Shown: piece by piece, positions 1 to 7,271 of the stretch
Numbering within the stretch: position 1 is the first letter of the stretch
Layout of the letters: each line of letters opens with the position of its first letter
Source of the DNA: an uncultured Actinomycetes bacterium
GTDB taxonomy: Bacteria > Actinomycetota > Actinomycetes > S36-B12 > CAIYMF01
Direction: 5' to 3'
NCBI GenBank assembly: GCA_963843975.1
Contig: CAWJMG010000003.1
Span: 2,370,001 to 2,402,000, forward strand
DNA length: 32,000 nucleotides
Notes under the pieces: generated by a model
What the model was told of the DNA's origin: nothing
Databases searched by the model: none
What the model saw: only the letters and a program-made list of their open reading frames with translations
Program-made: the position numbers and the translations under genes

Positions 1-208
1 CCCAGAGACCGTCGAGCGGGGCGGTCGGAGGCGTGCTCCACCGCTGGATGCGGGCTCGCGCTGCATCGAGGTCGACGCACGGGGCGGGCGTCGCCCCGAG
101 CCATCGGTAGACCTCCTCGCGCGAGTAGATGTCGAGGACGGCCTCGGCGTCGTCCTCGGTCCAGGACCGCAGCAGCAGGCGGTCGGTCGTGAGCGTGGGC
201 GACGGCAT
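1..208 (-). CDS. GNAT-family N-acetyltransferase (RimJ/RimL-like), N-terminal part only; gene runs off the window start
   Basis: Minus-strand ATG at 208-206. Translation is MPSPTLTTDRLLLRSWTEDDAEAVLDIYSREEVYRWLG..., the typical N-terminus of RimJ/RimL-type GNAT proteins. Absent from the ORF track because no stop lies in the window. Confidence 0.6.
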   Translation of the reverse strand, partial: MPSPTLTTDRLLLRSWTEDDAEAVLDIYSREEVYRWLGATPAPCVDLDAARARIQRWSTPPTAPLDGLW

Positions 209-267
209 GCGTCGATCTTGCGCCGTGCGCCGACCCAGCGTCAGGCGTTCGCGAGCACCGGCTCGCG

Positions 268-819
268 TCAGCCCTTGGGGGCGTCGCCGGCGAGGTCGGC
301 CACGGCCGTGCGGAACTCGGCGTCGACGTCGGCGCCGAACAGCACGAAGCGGATCACGTCGAACGCGTCCGGGTGCTCGCGCGCATAGGCGCGCGCCGCG
401 CGTACGGCGACAGGTGCCGCCTCGGCAGCGGGATAGCCGAAGATGCCGCACGAGATCGCGGGAAAGGCGATGGTGCGCGCGCCGAGGTGGTGCGCGACCT
501 CGAGCGAACGCCGGTGGCAGGAGGTCAGCTGCGTCTCCTCGTGGCCGTGCGGCTCTCGGTAGCGCGGCCCGACGGTGTGCACGACCCAGCGTGCAGGCAG
601 TCGGCCGGCGGTCGTCACCACGGCTTCGCCGACGGGGAGGCCGTCCGGCCACGTCGTGCGCCGCACCTCCTCGCACGCGCGGAGGATGGCATCGCCACCA
701 CGCGCGTGGATCGCACCGTCGACTCCCCCGCCGCCGAGCAAGGTGCTGTTGGCCGCGTTCACGATCACGTCGACGTGCTGCTCGGTGAGGTCACCGCGTT
801 CGGTCTCGATGAGCGTCAT
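268..819 (-). CDS. Macro domain protein (O-acetyl-ADP-ribose deacetylase / MacroD-YmdB-like)
   Basis: C-terminal 183 aa of ORF 268..1668(-). The internal ATG at 819 is preceded by AGGAGG. Motifs VNAANSTLLGGGGVDGAIH and AFPAISCGIFGYP are macro-domain hallmarks. The upstream part of the long ORF is Arg/Ala shadow frame. Confidence 0.88.
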   Translation of the reverse strand: MTLIETERGDLTEQHVDVIVNAANSTLLGGGGVDGAIHARGGDAILRACEEVRRTTWPDGLPVGEAVVTTAGRLPARWVVHTVGPRYREPHGHEETQLTSCHRRSLEVAHHLGARTIAFPAISCGIFGYPAAEAAPVAVRAARAYAREHPDAFDVIRFVLFGADVDAEFRTAVADLAGDAPKG

Positions 820-935
820 CGCCGTACCTCCTGCTCCCCGCCATCCTCGCGCGGGTGCGGCACAGATGGGTGGTCGATGCCGACGTCGGCCGGAGTTGTG
901 GACGCGAGGAGTCCCTTGAAGGGCGCTTCGTGACC

Positions 936-1742
936 CTAAGGGGCGGAATCGGCCGGGGCGACGTGCGACCAGGGGATGGTCAGCTCGCCGAGGCGCCAGC
1001 GCGACGGGCCGTCGAGCAGGGGCACGCCGGCCTCGCGCAGGGAGCGCACCGCGGTGATCCACCGCTGCCGCACGCCGAAGGATCCCTGGGGCGCTGCCGC
1101 GGCCCAGGCCCGGTCGAGCTGCTGCAGGAACGCGTGCACCGGCTCGCCCGGCACGTTGCGGTGGATGAGCGCCTTGGGCAGCCGCTCGGCGAGGTCGGAC
1201 GGCCGCTCGAGCCCGGCGAGGCGGGTCGAGAGGGTCAGCGACTCGGGCACCGCGGCACCGGCGCGCAGCAGCACCCACCACGCGTGCCGGCCGAGCTCGT
1301 CGCAGGTGCCCTCGACGAGGGCGCCGTCCGGTGCGAGCCGAGCGGCCATCGTGCGCCAGGCGGCCGCGACCTCGCCCTCGTCGTACTGCCGCAGCACGTT
1401 GAACGCACGCAGCACGACGGGCGACCGTCCGTCGAGCGGCACCTCGAACCCGCCCCGCCGGAACGACAGCGTGCCGTCGGCGTACGGCGCGGCCGCGGCC
1501 ACGCGGGCAGGGTCGATCTCGATGCCGACCACCTCGACGTCGGGCCGCACGGCACGCAGACGATCGCGGAGGTCGAGCGGCGTCCACGCAGCAGCGCCGT
1601 AGCCGAGGTCGACGACGACGGGGTCGGCGGATGCGCGCAACGGTGCGGCCAGCGCATGCGCGATCCAACGGTCGACGCGGCGCAGCCGGTTGGGGTGGGT
1701 GGTGCCGCGCGTGATCGTGCCCAGCGGGCGCGGCGGCGTCAC
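936..1742 (-). CDS. Class I SAM-dependent methyltransferase
   Basis: ORF 936..1850(-). Contains VVDLGYGAAAW (motif I-like) and a Rossmann-type pattern. I prefer the GTG at 1742 because it sits 5 nt after the stop of the upstream DUF2516 gene; the start is uncertain. Confidence 0.72.
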   Translation of the reverse strand: MTPPRPLGTITRGTTHPNRLRRVDRWIAHALAAPLRASADPVVVDLGYGAAAWTPLDLRDRLRAVRPDVEVVGIEIDPARVAAAAPYADGTLSFRRGGFEVPLDGRSPVVLRAFNVLRQYDEGEVAAAWRTMAARLAPDGALVEGTCDELGRHAWWVLLRAGAAVPESLTLSTRLAGLERPSDLAERLPKALIHRNVPGEPVHAFLQQLDRAWAAAAPQGSFGVRQRWITAVRSLREAGVPLLDGPSRWRLGELTIPWSHVAPADSAP

Positions 1743-1746
1743 GCGG

Positions 1747-2079
1747 TCAGTAGCGCGGGCCGCGCGTGACCTGCGCCAGCTTGGTGCGGGCGTCGACGAG
1801 GTAGACGATCGCGGCGACGATGCCGACGAGACCGAGGAAGCCGAGCGCACCGGCAGTCGGGAAGCCGATGAGCGCGAGCGCCCCGCCGCCGATCACCGGG
1901 AAGAGCAGCTGGGCAGCGAGACCGCCGCCGGTGATGCCGAGCCACTGCCCCTTGGTGAGGCGGCCGATGGCGGCGTACGCCTGCCTCGAGTAGCGCAGTG
2001 CATCGACGAACGCCCAGACGCCGAGGCCGGCGAGGGCGAGGCTGATGGCGGTGTAGATGAATCCGGCGGCCGCGAACAT
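1747..2079 (-). CDS. DUF2516-family small membrane protein
   Basis: 110-aa ORF with three hydrophobic segments and the WAFVDAL...GRLTKGQWLGI pattern typical of DUF2516 proteins. Confidence 0.75.
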   Translation of the reverse strand: MFAAAGFIYTAISLALAGLGVWAFVDALRYSRQAYAAIGRLTKGQWLGITGGGLAAQLLFPVIGGGALALIGFPTAGALGFLGLVGIVAAIVYLVDARTKLAQVTRGPRY

Positions 2080-2131
2080 CGGGCCAGCATAGGCAGCGCG
2101 GCGGCCACGTTCGACCCGGCCGGAATATTAG

Positions 2132-2161
2132 TTGACGCTTCAACCTTAACTGAGGCAGACT
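2132..2161 (+). promoter_or_regulatory. Putative promoter (TTGACG-18 nt-CAGACT) inside an AT-rich imperfect palindrome upstream of the dioxygenase gene
   Basis: This is the only AT-rich patch (aatattagttgacgcttcaaccttaactgagg) in the 110-bp divergent intergenic region. It contains GTTGA-cgct-TCAAC dyad symmetry. Confidence 0.3.
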
Positions 2162-2190
2162 GACAGCAGACCACCACCGAAGGAGCCCCC

Positions 2191-3045
2191 ATGGCACGCG
2201 CAGCAGCGGCGTTCGACGCCTTCGAGCCGGCGGCTCTGGCCACGAGCGCCGAGCAGGCCGTCTGGCAGCCCGGCGACGCCGCCCTGCCCTCCATCTACCT
2301 CAGCCACGGCGCACCGCCGCTGTTCGACGACGCGGGCTGGATGGACGAGCTCTTCGCGTGGTCGACGTCGATGCCCAAGCCCACGGGCATCGTGATCGTG
2401 AGCGCCCACTGGGAGACCGCGCCGATCACCATCACCACGCCCGACCCGAAGACCCGCCTCGTCTACGACTTCGGCGGCTTCGACCCGCGCTACTACACGA
2501 TGGAGTACGCGACGCCGGACTCCTCCGGTCTCGGCAGCGATGTTGCCAAGCGCCTCTCGGACATCGGCGAGGTGGTCAACCGGCCGCGCGGCCTCGACCA
2601 CGGCGCCTGGGTGCCGCTGAAGGTGATGTACCCGCTCGCCGACGTACCGGTCGTGCAGCTGAGCCTGCCCACCGACCGGGCCGACATCCTGCTGCAGATG
2701 GGCGCCCGCCTGCGCGACCTGCGCGAGCAGGGCGTGCTCGTGATCGGCTCGGGCTTCATGACCCACGGCCTGCCGTTCATCACGCAGGCGATGGTCGAGG
2801 GCAAGGTGCCCGGCTGGTCGCGCGACTTCGACGCCTGGGCCTGGGACGCCATCTCCGCCGGCGATCTCGACGCGCTCGCGGGCTTCCGCCAGTCGGCGCC
2901 GGGGCTGCCCTACGCGCACCCCACGGTCGAGCACTTCACGCCGCTGTTCGTCACCCTCGGTGCTGCGACCGACCTCGCCTCGGCCCGCACCGTCATCGGC
3001 GGCTCCATGATGGGCCTGTCCCGGCGCAGCCTCGAGCTCGTCTGA
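2191..3045 (+). CDS. Class III extradiol ring-cleavage dioxygenase (YgiD / 4,5-DOPA dioxygenase family)
   Basis: 284-aa ORF with a GAAGGAG RBS. Motifs YLSHGAPPL, VSAHWE, LDHGAWVPL and GSGFMTHG match the LigB/YgiD family. Confidence 0.88.
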   Translation: MARAAAAFDAFEPAALATSAEQAVWQPGDAALPSIYLSHGAPPLFDDAGWMDELFAWSTSMPKPTGIVIVSAHWETAPITITTPDPKTRLVYDFGGFDPRYYTMEYATPDSSGLGSDVAKRLSDIGEVVNRPRGLDHGAWVPLKVMYPLADVPVVQLSLPTDRADILLQMGARLRDLREQGVLVIGSGFMTHGLPFITQAMVEGKVPGWSRDFDAWAWDAISAGDLDALAGFRQSAPGLPYAHPTVEHFTPLFVTLGAATDLASARTVIGGSMMGLSRRSLELV

Positions 3046-3180
3046 GGTCAGCCCCTCCCGGGACCGCGTCTGTGGACAGCGGGCTCGGTGAAGGCCGGAT
3101 GTGTTGCGTTCTTAGCAACGAAGGCCCCCTTCATCGCAACACCGCGCGACCAGCGAGCCACGGTGATGCGACCGATCAGA

Positions 3181-3321
3181 GTTCGACCTGCCGTGCCCGC
3201 GCCGGGGCGAAGCCCGCGAACCGACGAGGAGGCCAACAGGCCCGCACCCCACCGACGCCGCCTCAGCACGTTCGACCCGCCGTGCCCGCGCCGGGGCGAA
3301 GCCTGCGCGCCGACGACGGGG
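3181..3321. repeat. Two copies of a ~52-bp direct repeat, 89 bp apart, in a non-coding spacer
   Basis: 3181-3232 (gttcgacctgccgtgcccgcgccggggcgaagcccgcgaaccgacgaggaggcc) aligns with 3270-3321 (gttcgacccgccgtgcccgcgccggggcgaagcctgcgcgccgacgacggggcc). The first 37 nt differ at 2 positions. The 89-bp period is not a multiple of 3. Confidence 0.7.
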
Positions 3322-3472
3322 CCGGAGGAACGACGGCCCCCGAGGAGGCGCGCCCCAGAGCCCGGCCGCGACCCCCCGACGCAGGAGGGGGCGAGCGGAC
3401 GGGCTGCGGCGCGGGTGCCCGACGCGAGGAGCGAGGAACGAGCGACGAGCGTGGAGGGCCAGAAGAACATGA

Positions 3473-3509
3473 CACGAGCCCCCCGCAGGATCACTGCGAG
3501 GGGCTCGTG
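3473..3509 (-). terminator. Hairpin terminator downstream of the HbhA/MLDS-like gene
   Basis: 10-bp stem, cacgagcccc (3473-3482) pairing with ggggctcgtg (3500-3509). It lies 37 nt after the stop at 3546 and is followed on the minus strand by tcatgttcttctgg. Confidence 0.55.
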
Positions 3510-3545
3510 CAGCTCGTGCGTGCTGCCGGTGAGGCAGCGGGTGGG

Positions 3546-4337
3546 TCAGAGACCGGCGACCTTGCGGACGCGGGCCACGACCTCGTCGGCGCGCAGCTTC
3601 AGCTCGTCGGCGACGGGCTTCACGGCGTCGGTGCCCTGCTTGACGGCGTCGGTCGCGAAGGCGGCGCGGGCGTCGGCACGGGCGCGGAGGTCGACGACCA
3701 CGCGCTGGCCGGCGTTCACGGCCTCCTCGGCGGAGTTCTGCACCGTGGCGACGTAGGGCTTCACGGCCTCCTCGGCGACCTTGGCAGCCTTGGCAGCCTT
3801 CACCGTGAGGACCGAGACGTACGGGCCGACGGCGTCCTCGACCTTGGTCGAGACCTCGGTGGCGTACGGCGCGACAGCCTTCTCGGCGGCCTTGTAGCCC
3901 TCGGTGACCTTCTCGGTCACGTCGGCGACGTAGGGCTCGACGGTCTTGGCCGCGACGGCGATCTGGCCCTCGACGCGGCTCTTGACCTCGACGACCTCGG
4001 GGCGCTCGAGGAGCGAGCGGACCTTGGCGACCTGGGCCTCGAAGATCTTCGCGGCCTCGTCCATCGGGGTGTGGTGCTCGGGCTTCGGGGCGACCTTCTC
4101 GGTCACGGCCTCGGCGGTGACGGCGACCTTCTTCTTGGCGGCCGTGGTCGTCGTGGCCGCGGTCTTCTTGGCGGCGGTCGTCTTCGTGGCAGCGGTCTTC
4201 TTGGCGGCCGTGGTCTTCTTCGCCGCAGTCTTCTTCGCGGCCGTGGTCTTCTTCGCCGCGGTCTTCTTGGCGGCGGCGGTGGTCTCGGCGACGGCCTCGA
4301 CGACCTCGTCGACCTTGGGGGTGATGTTCTCAGTCAT
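3546..4337 (-). CDS. HbhA/TadA/MLDS-like protein: N-terminal Lys/Ala/Thr repeat tail plus Pro-punctuated amphipathic helices
   Basis: 263-aa ORF. Residues ~19-72 are AAKKT(T) repeats. The rest is apolipoprotein-like (VEPYVADVTEKV.., APYATEVSTKV.., GPYVSVLTVK.., KPYVATVQ..). It sits immediately downstream of an XRE regulator, as with Rv0474-hbhA in M. tuberculosis (recalled from memory). Confidence 0.78.
   Translation of the reverse strand: MTENITPKVDEVVEAVAETTAAAKKTAAKKTTAAKKTAAKKTTAAKKTAATKTTAAKKTAATTTTAAKKKVAVTAEAVTEKVAPKPEHHTPMDEAAKIFEAQVAKVRSLLERPEVVEVKSRVEGQIAVAAKTVEPYVADVTEKVTEGYKAAEKAVAPYATEVSTKVEDAVGPYVSVLTVKAAKAAKVAEEAVKPYVATVQNSAEEAVNAGQRVVVDLRARADARAAFATDAVKQGTDAVKPVADELKLRADEVVARVRKVAGL
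4122..4283. repeat. In-frame 33-bp tandem repeat (~4.5 copies) encoding AAKKTAAKKTT
   Basis: The protein reads AAKKTAAKKTT / AAKKTAAKKTT / AAKKTAATKTT / AAKKTAATTTT / AAKKK. The plus strand shows repeated gtcttcttcgc/ggccgtggtcttctt units. Confidence 0.75.
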
Positions 4338-4341
4338 GTCG

Positions 4342-4770
4342 CTACTTCCTTCGGCTGGTCGTGACGTCGGCAGTGCCCGTTGTGGGGGCGCCGGCGTCGT
4401 CGGGGCTCGTGGTGGTGGCCTCTCGGATCACGGCGTTCTCCTTCTGGAAGGCGGCGTAGATCTCGAGCAGAACCTGGCGCTGACGCTCGGAGAGCGTCTC
4501 GTCCGCGTTGATCGCCTCGGTGACGGCGGCGTCGCCGTCGCGGGCCTCGAGCAGCCCCGCCCTGACGTACAACGTCTCGGCGGAGATGCGCAGGGCCCCT
4601 GCGATCTGACCGAGGATCTCGGCACTGGGCTTCTTCAGCCCTCGCTCCACCTGGGAGAGGTAGGGGTTGGAGACCCCGGCGCTCTTCGCCAGCTGTCGCA
4701 GCGAGACCTCGGCAGACGTGCGCTGCTCGCGGATGTACTCCCCGAGGCTGCGGACGTCGATGGTGGCCAT
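4342..4770 (-). CDS. XRE-family helix-turn-helix transcriptional regulator (Rv0474 / MLDSR-like)
   Basis: 142-aa ORF. The HTH reads VSLRQLAKSAGVSNPYLSQVERGLKKPS. Its stop lies 4 nt before the start of the downstream gene. Confidence 0.85.
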   Translation of the reverse strand: MATIDVRSLGEYIREQRTSAEVSLRQLAKSAGVSNPYLSQVERGLKKPSAEILGQIAGALRISAETLYVRAGLLEARDGDAAVTEAINADETLSERQRQVLLEIYAAFQKENAVIREATTTSPDDAGAPTTGTADVTTSRRK

Positions 4771-4792
4771 GGCTCAACCATGCACCCTGAGT

Positions 4793-4808
4793 GCTTGCTA
4801 TAGCAAGC
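4793..4808. promoter_or_regulatory. Perfect 16-bp palindrome GCTTGCTATAGCAAGC, candidate auto-operator of the XRE regulator
   Basis: Located 23 nt upstream of the XRE ATG (4770). Extra half-site copies occur at ~4814-4819 (gcaagc) and in gtgagtgcttgct at 4853-4865, which repeats the left flank gagtgcttgct. Confidence 0.5.
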
Positions 4809-4874
4809 GGGGAGCAAGCAGTTGAGGGGTGCGCTGCCTCACAGCACAGCCCGTGAGTGCTTGCTGCACGCTCC

Positions 4875-4890
4875 GTTACTGGCCAGTAAC
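4875..4890. promoter_or_regulatory. Second perfect 16-bp palindrome GTTACTGGCCAGTAAC (operator or acr3 3' hairpin)
   Basis: Lies 29 nt downstream of the acr3 stop and ~105 nt upstream of the XRE start. No T-tract follows it on either strand. Confidence 0.35.
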
Positions 4891-4918
4891 CCAGGATGCA
4901 CCGGTCGGATGGCGGCGC

Positions 4919-5995
4919 TCAGGCGAGAGCACGGACGTGCCACCGGCGGCGCAGCGCCAGGCTCACGTACACCAGCGCGACGAGCGCCGGCACCTCGACG
5001 AGCGGGCCGATCACACCGGCGAGCGCCTGCCCGGAGGTGACGCCCCAGACTCCGATGCACACCGCGATCGCGAGCTCGAAGTTGTTGCCGGCCGCGGTGA
5101 ACGCGAGGGTCGCAGTGGTCGGGTACGCCATCCCCGAGCGGGATCCGACGAGGAACGAGACGCCCCACATGATCGCGAAGTACACGAGCAGCGGGACGGC
5201 GATGCTCACGACGGCCAGCGGGTCGGACGTGATCGCGTCGCCCTGCAGCGCGAACATCACCACGATCGTAAACAGCAGGCCGTACAGCGCCCAGGGGCCG
5301 ATGCGGGGCAGGAACGTCTCCTCGTACCACAGGCGACCGCGGCGGGCGATGCCCACGCGACGGGTGAGGTAGCCGAGCACCAGCGGTAGGCCGAGGAAGA
5401 TCAGCACCGCCTTGGTGATGTCCCAGGTGGAGAACTGCACGTCCTGGGTGTCGAGGCCGAGCCAGCCCGGGAGGATCTTCAGGTAGAAGGTGCCGAGGAG
5501 CGCGTAGGCGAGGATCTGGAAGACCGAGTTGATCGCGACCAGCAGCGCGGCAGCCTCGCGGTCGCCGCAGGCGAGGTCGTTCCAGATCAGCACCATCGCG
5601 ATGCAGCGAGCCAGGCCGATCACGATGAGTCCGGTGCGGAACTCCGGCTGGTCGGCGAGGAAGATCCAGGCCAGCGCGAACATCAGCGCCGGGCCGACCA
5701 CCCAGTTCAGCAGCAGCGACAGCCACAGGAGCCTGCGGTCGCCGGTCACGTGGCCCATGTCCTCGTAGCGGACCTTTGCCAGCACCGGGTACATCATCAG
5801 CAGCAGGCCGAGCGCGATCGGCAGCGACGTCTGCCCGACCTTCACGGCGTCCAGCGCGCCCTGCACCCCGGGCAGCAGCCGACCGAGGGCGAGGCCACCG
5901 GCCATCGCCATCAGGATCCACACGGGCAGGAACCGGTCGAGGCGGGAGAGTCGGCCGATCACCGCGGTCTCGTCGTCGGGCCGTCGGTCGCTCAT
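4919..5995 (-). CDS. acr3: ACR3-family arsenite efflux transporter
   Basis: ORF 4919..6043(-). The ATG at 5995 (MSDRRPDD..) has a GGAGG RBS. Motifs LDRFLPVWILMAM, GLARCIAMVLIWN and FTAAGNNFELAIAV match ACR3, including the conserved Cys in the RCIAMV context. Confidence 0.92.
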   Translation of the reverse strand: MSDRRPDDETAVIGRLSRLDRFLPVWILMAMAGGLALGRLLPGVQGALDAVKVGQTSLPIALGLLLMMYPVLAKVRYEDMGHVTGDRRLLWLSLLLNWVVGPALMFALAWIFLADQPEFRTGLIVIGLARCIAMVLIWNDLACGDREAAALLVAINSVFQILAYALLGTFYLKILPGWLGLDTQDVQFSTWDITKAVLIFLGLPLVLGYLTRRVGIARRGRLWYEETFLPRIGPWALYGLLFTIVVMFALQGDAITSDPLAVVSIAVPLLVYFAIMWGVSFLVGSRSGMAYPTTATLAFTAAGNNFELAIAVCIGVWGVTSGQALAGVIGPLVEVPALVALVYVSLALRRRWHVRALA

Positions 5996-6076
5996 GGCAC
6001 CTCCACGGCGCCACGAGGGCGTCACACCCAGTCTCGTCCGCACCGCACGGCGAGTCGCGCGGTCAGTGCGTGACGC

Positions 6077-6790
6077 TCAACGCGTCTCCTGCTGGACGTC
6101 GATGGCGACGGCGGCCGCGGTCGAGTGGCGCGGCCAGATCACGAGCACCACGGCGGTGGCCAGAACCGCTCCGAGCACCTGCGCGACGACGAAGCCAGGG
6201 ACGCTGGCGGGTGCGATGCCGGCGAACGTGTCCGACAGCGTGCGGCCGATCGTGACCGCCGGGTTGGCGAACGACGTGGACGCCGTGAACCAGTAGGCGC
6301 CGACGATGTACGACGCCACGGCGGCCGGGATCCACGACGACCGCCCGGCGCGCACGAGCCCGAGGATCACGAGGAGCAGGCCGAACGTGGCGACGACCTC
6401 GGACAGCCAAAGCGCCGAACCCGTGCGCTCGTGCGTCGAGACGGACACCGCCGCGAGACCGAACATGAGGTTGGCGAGGATCGCGCCGAGGCAGGCGCCG
6501 ACGACCTGCACCGCGACGTACGGCACGGCGTCCCGCTTGGGCAGGCCGCCGAGCCAGGCGTCGACGCCCGTGACGACCGGGTTGAAGTGCGCACCCGAGA
6601 CCGGGCCGAGGGTGGCGATCAGCACGAAGAGGACCGCGCCGGTCGCGATCGCGTTCTCGAGCAGCTGCAGGCCGATGTTGCCCGGCGACAGGGCCGCGGC
6701 CGCGATGCCGGAACCGACGACGGTCGCGACGAGCAGCAGCGTGCCGAGCCCCTCGGCGAGAAGACGCCGGGGCAGCGGCAGCGGCGTCAC
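6077..6790 (-). CDS. MIP-family channel (aquaglyceroporin, AqpS-like) within the ars operon
   Basis: C-terminal 237 aa of ORF 6077..8119(-). The two half-motifs are SGAHFNPVVT and FANPAVT. The GTG at 6790 overlaps the arsC stop as GTGA. Confidence 0.88.
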   Translation of the reverse strand: MTPLPLPRRLLAEGLGTLLLVATVVGSGIAAAALSPGNIGLQLLENAIATGAVLFVLIATLGPVSGAHFNPVVTGVDAWLGGLPKRDAVPYVAVQVVGACLGAILANLMFGLAAVSVSTHERTGSALWLSEVVATFGLLLVILGLVRAGRSSWIPAAVASYIVGAYWFTASTSFANPAVTIGRTLSDTFAGIAPASVPGFVVAQVLGAVLATAVVLVIWPRHSTAAAVAIDVQQETR

Positions 6791-7209
6791 GAGGCCGAGG
6801 AGGTGGCCGCCGCGTCGATCTCCGCGATGAGCCCCTCGATTCGGCCACGGATCTCGTCGCGGATGGGGCGCACGGACGCGACGCCCTGGCCGGCCGGGTC
6901 CTCGAGCACCCAGTCGAGGTAGGTCTTGCCGGGGAAGAACGGGCACGCGTCGCCGCAGCCCATGGTGATCACGTAGTCGGACGCCTGGACGGCCTCGGTG
7001 GTGAGCACCTTCGGCGTCTCGGCGGAGATGTCGATGCCCTCCTCGAGCAGCGCCTCGACGACCGCCGGGTTGACCGAGTCGGCGGGGGCGGAGCCGGCGG
7101 AGCGCACCTCGACGCGGTCGCCCGCGAGGTGGGTCAGGTAGGCGGCCGCCATCTGCGAACGGCCTGCGTTGTGCACGCAGACGAACAGGACGGAAGGCTT
7201 GTGGGACAC
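6787..7209 (-). CDS. arsC: Arsenate reductase, LMW-PTP type
   Basis: GTG at 7209 with GGAG upstream gives 140 aa. The P-loop reads VLFVCVHNAGRSQMA, followed by TMGCGDACP. Confidence 0.9.
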   Translation of the reverse strand: MSHKPSVLFVCVHNAGRSQMAAAYLTHLAGDRVEVRSAGSAPADSVNPAVVEALLEEGIDISAETPKVLTTEAVQASDYVITMGCGDACPFFPGKTYLDWVLEDPAGQGVASVRPIRDEIRGRIEGLIAEIDAAATSSAS

Positions 7210-7271
7210 GGTGTCTCCGAATGGTCGACGGAACAGCGGGGCGGTGCGGATCGTGAGTGCTGGCGGAACGG

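Noticed and set aside
129-1769. Plus-strand ORFs 129..788, 373..933, 855..1769 and 976..1602.
   Set aside because: They are Arg/Ser/Pro-rich shadow frames opposite the macro-domain and methyltransferase genes.
2168-2193. A shared 14-nt string ACCACCGAAGGAGC upstream of both the dioxygenase (2191) and the small ORF (8934) as a possible regulatory motif.
   Set aside because: It is most simply an extended Shine-Dalgarno context (GAAGGAG). Two occurrences are insufficient to claim a regulon.
3100-3510. 6C-type small RNA, suggested by C-rich loops (ggcccccttc, gagccccccgcagg).
   Set aside because: There is only one run of six C, and it forms part of the stem of the probable terminator of the HbhA-like gene. 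The two-hairpin 6C architecture is not evident. I cannot support the call without a covariance-model scan.
2358-4364. 668-aa plus-strand ORF spanning the dioxygenase 3' half, the spacer and the antisense of the HbhA-like gene.
   Set aside because: The translation is low-complexity Arg/Gly/Leu/Asp typical of off-frame or antisense reading of high-GC DNA. It overlaps two well-supported genes.
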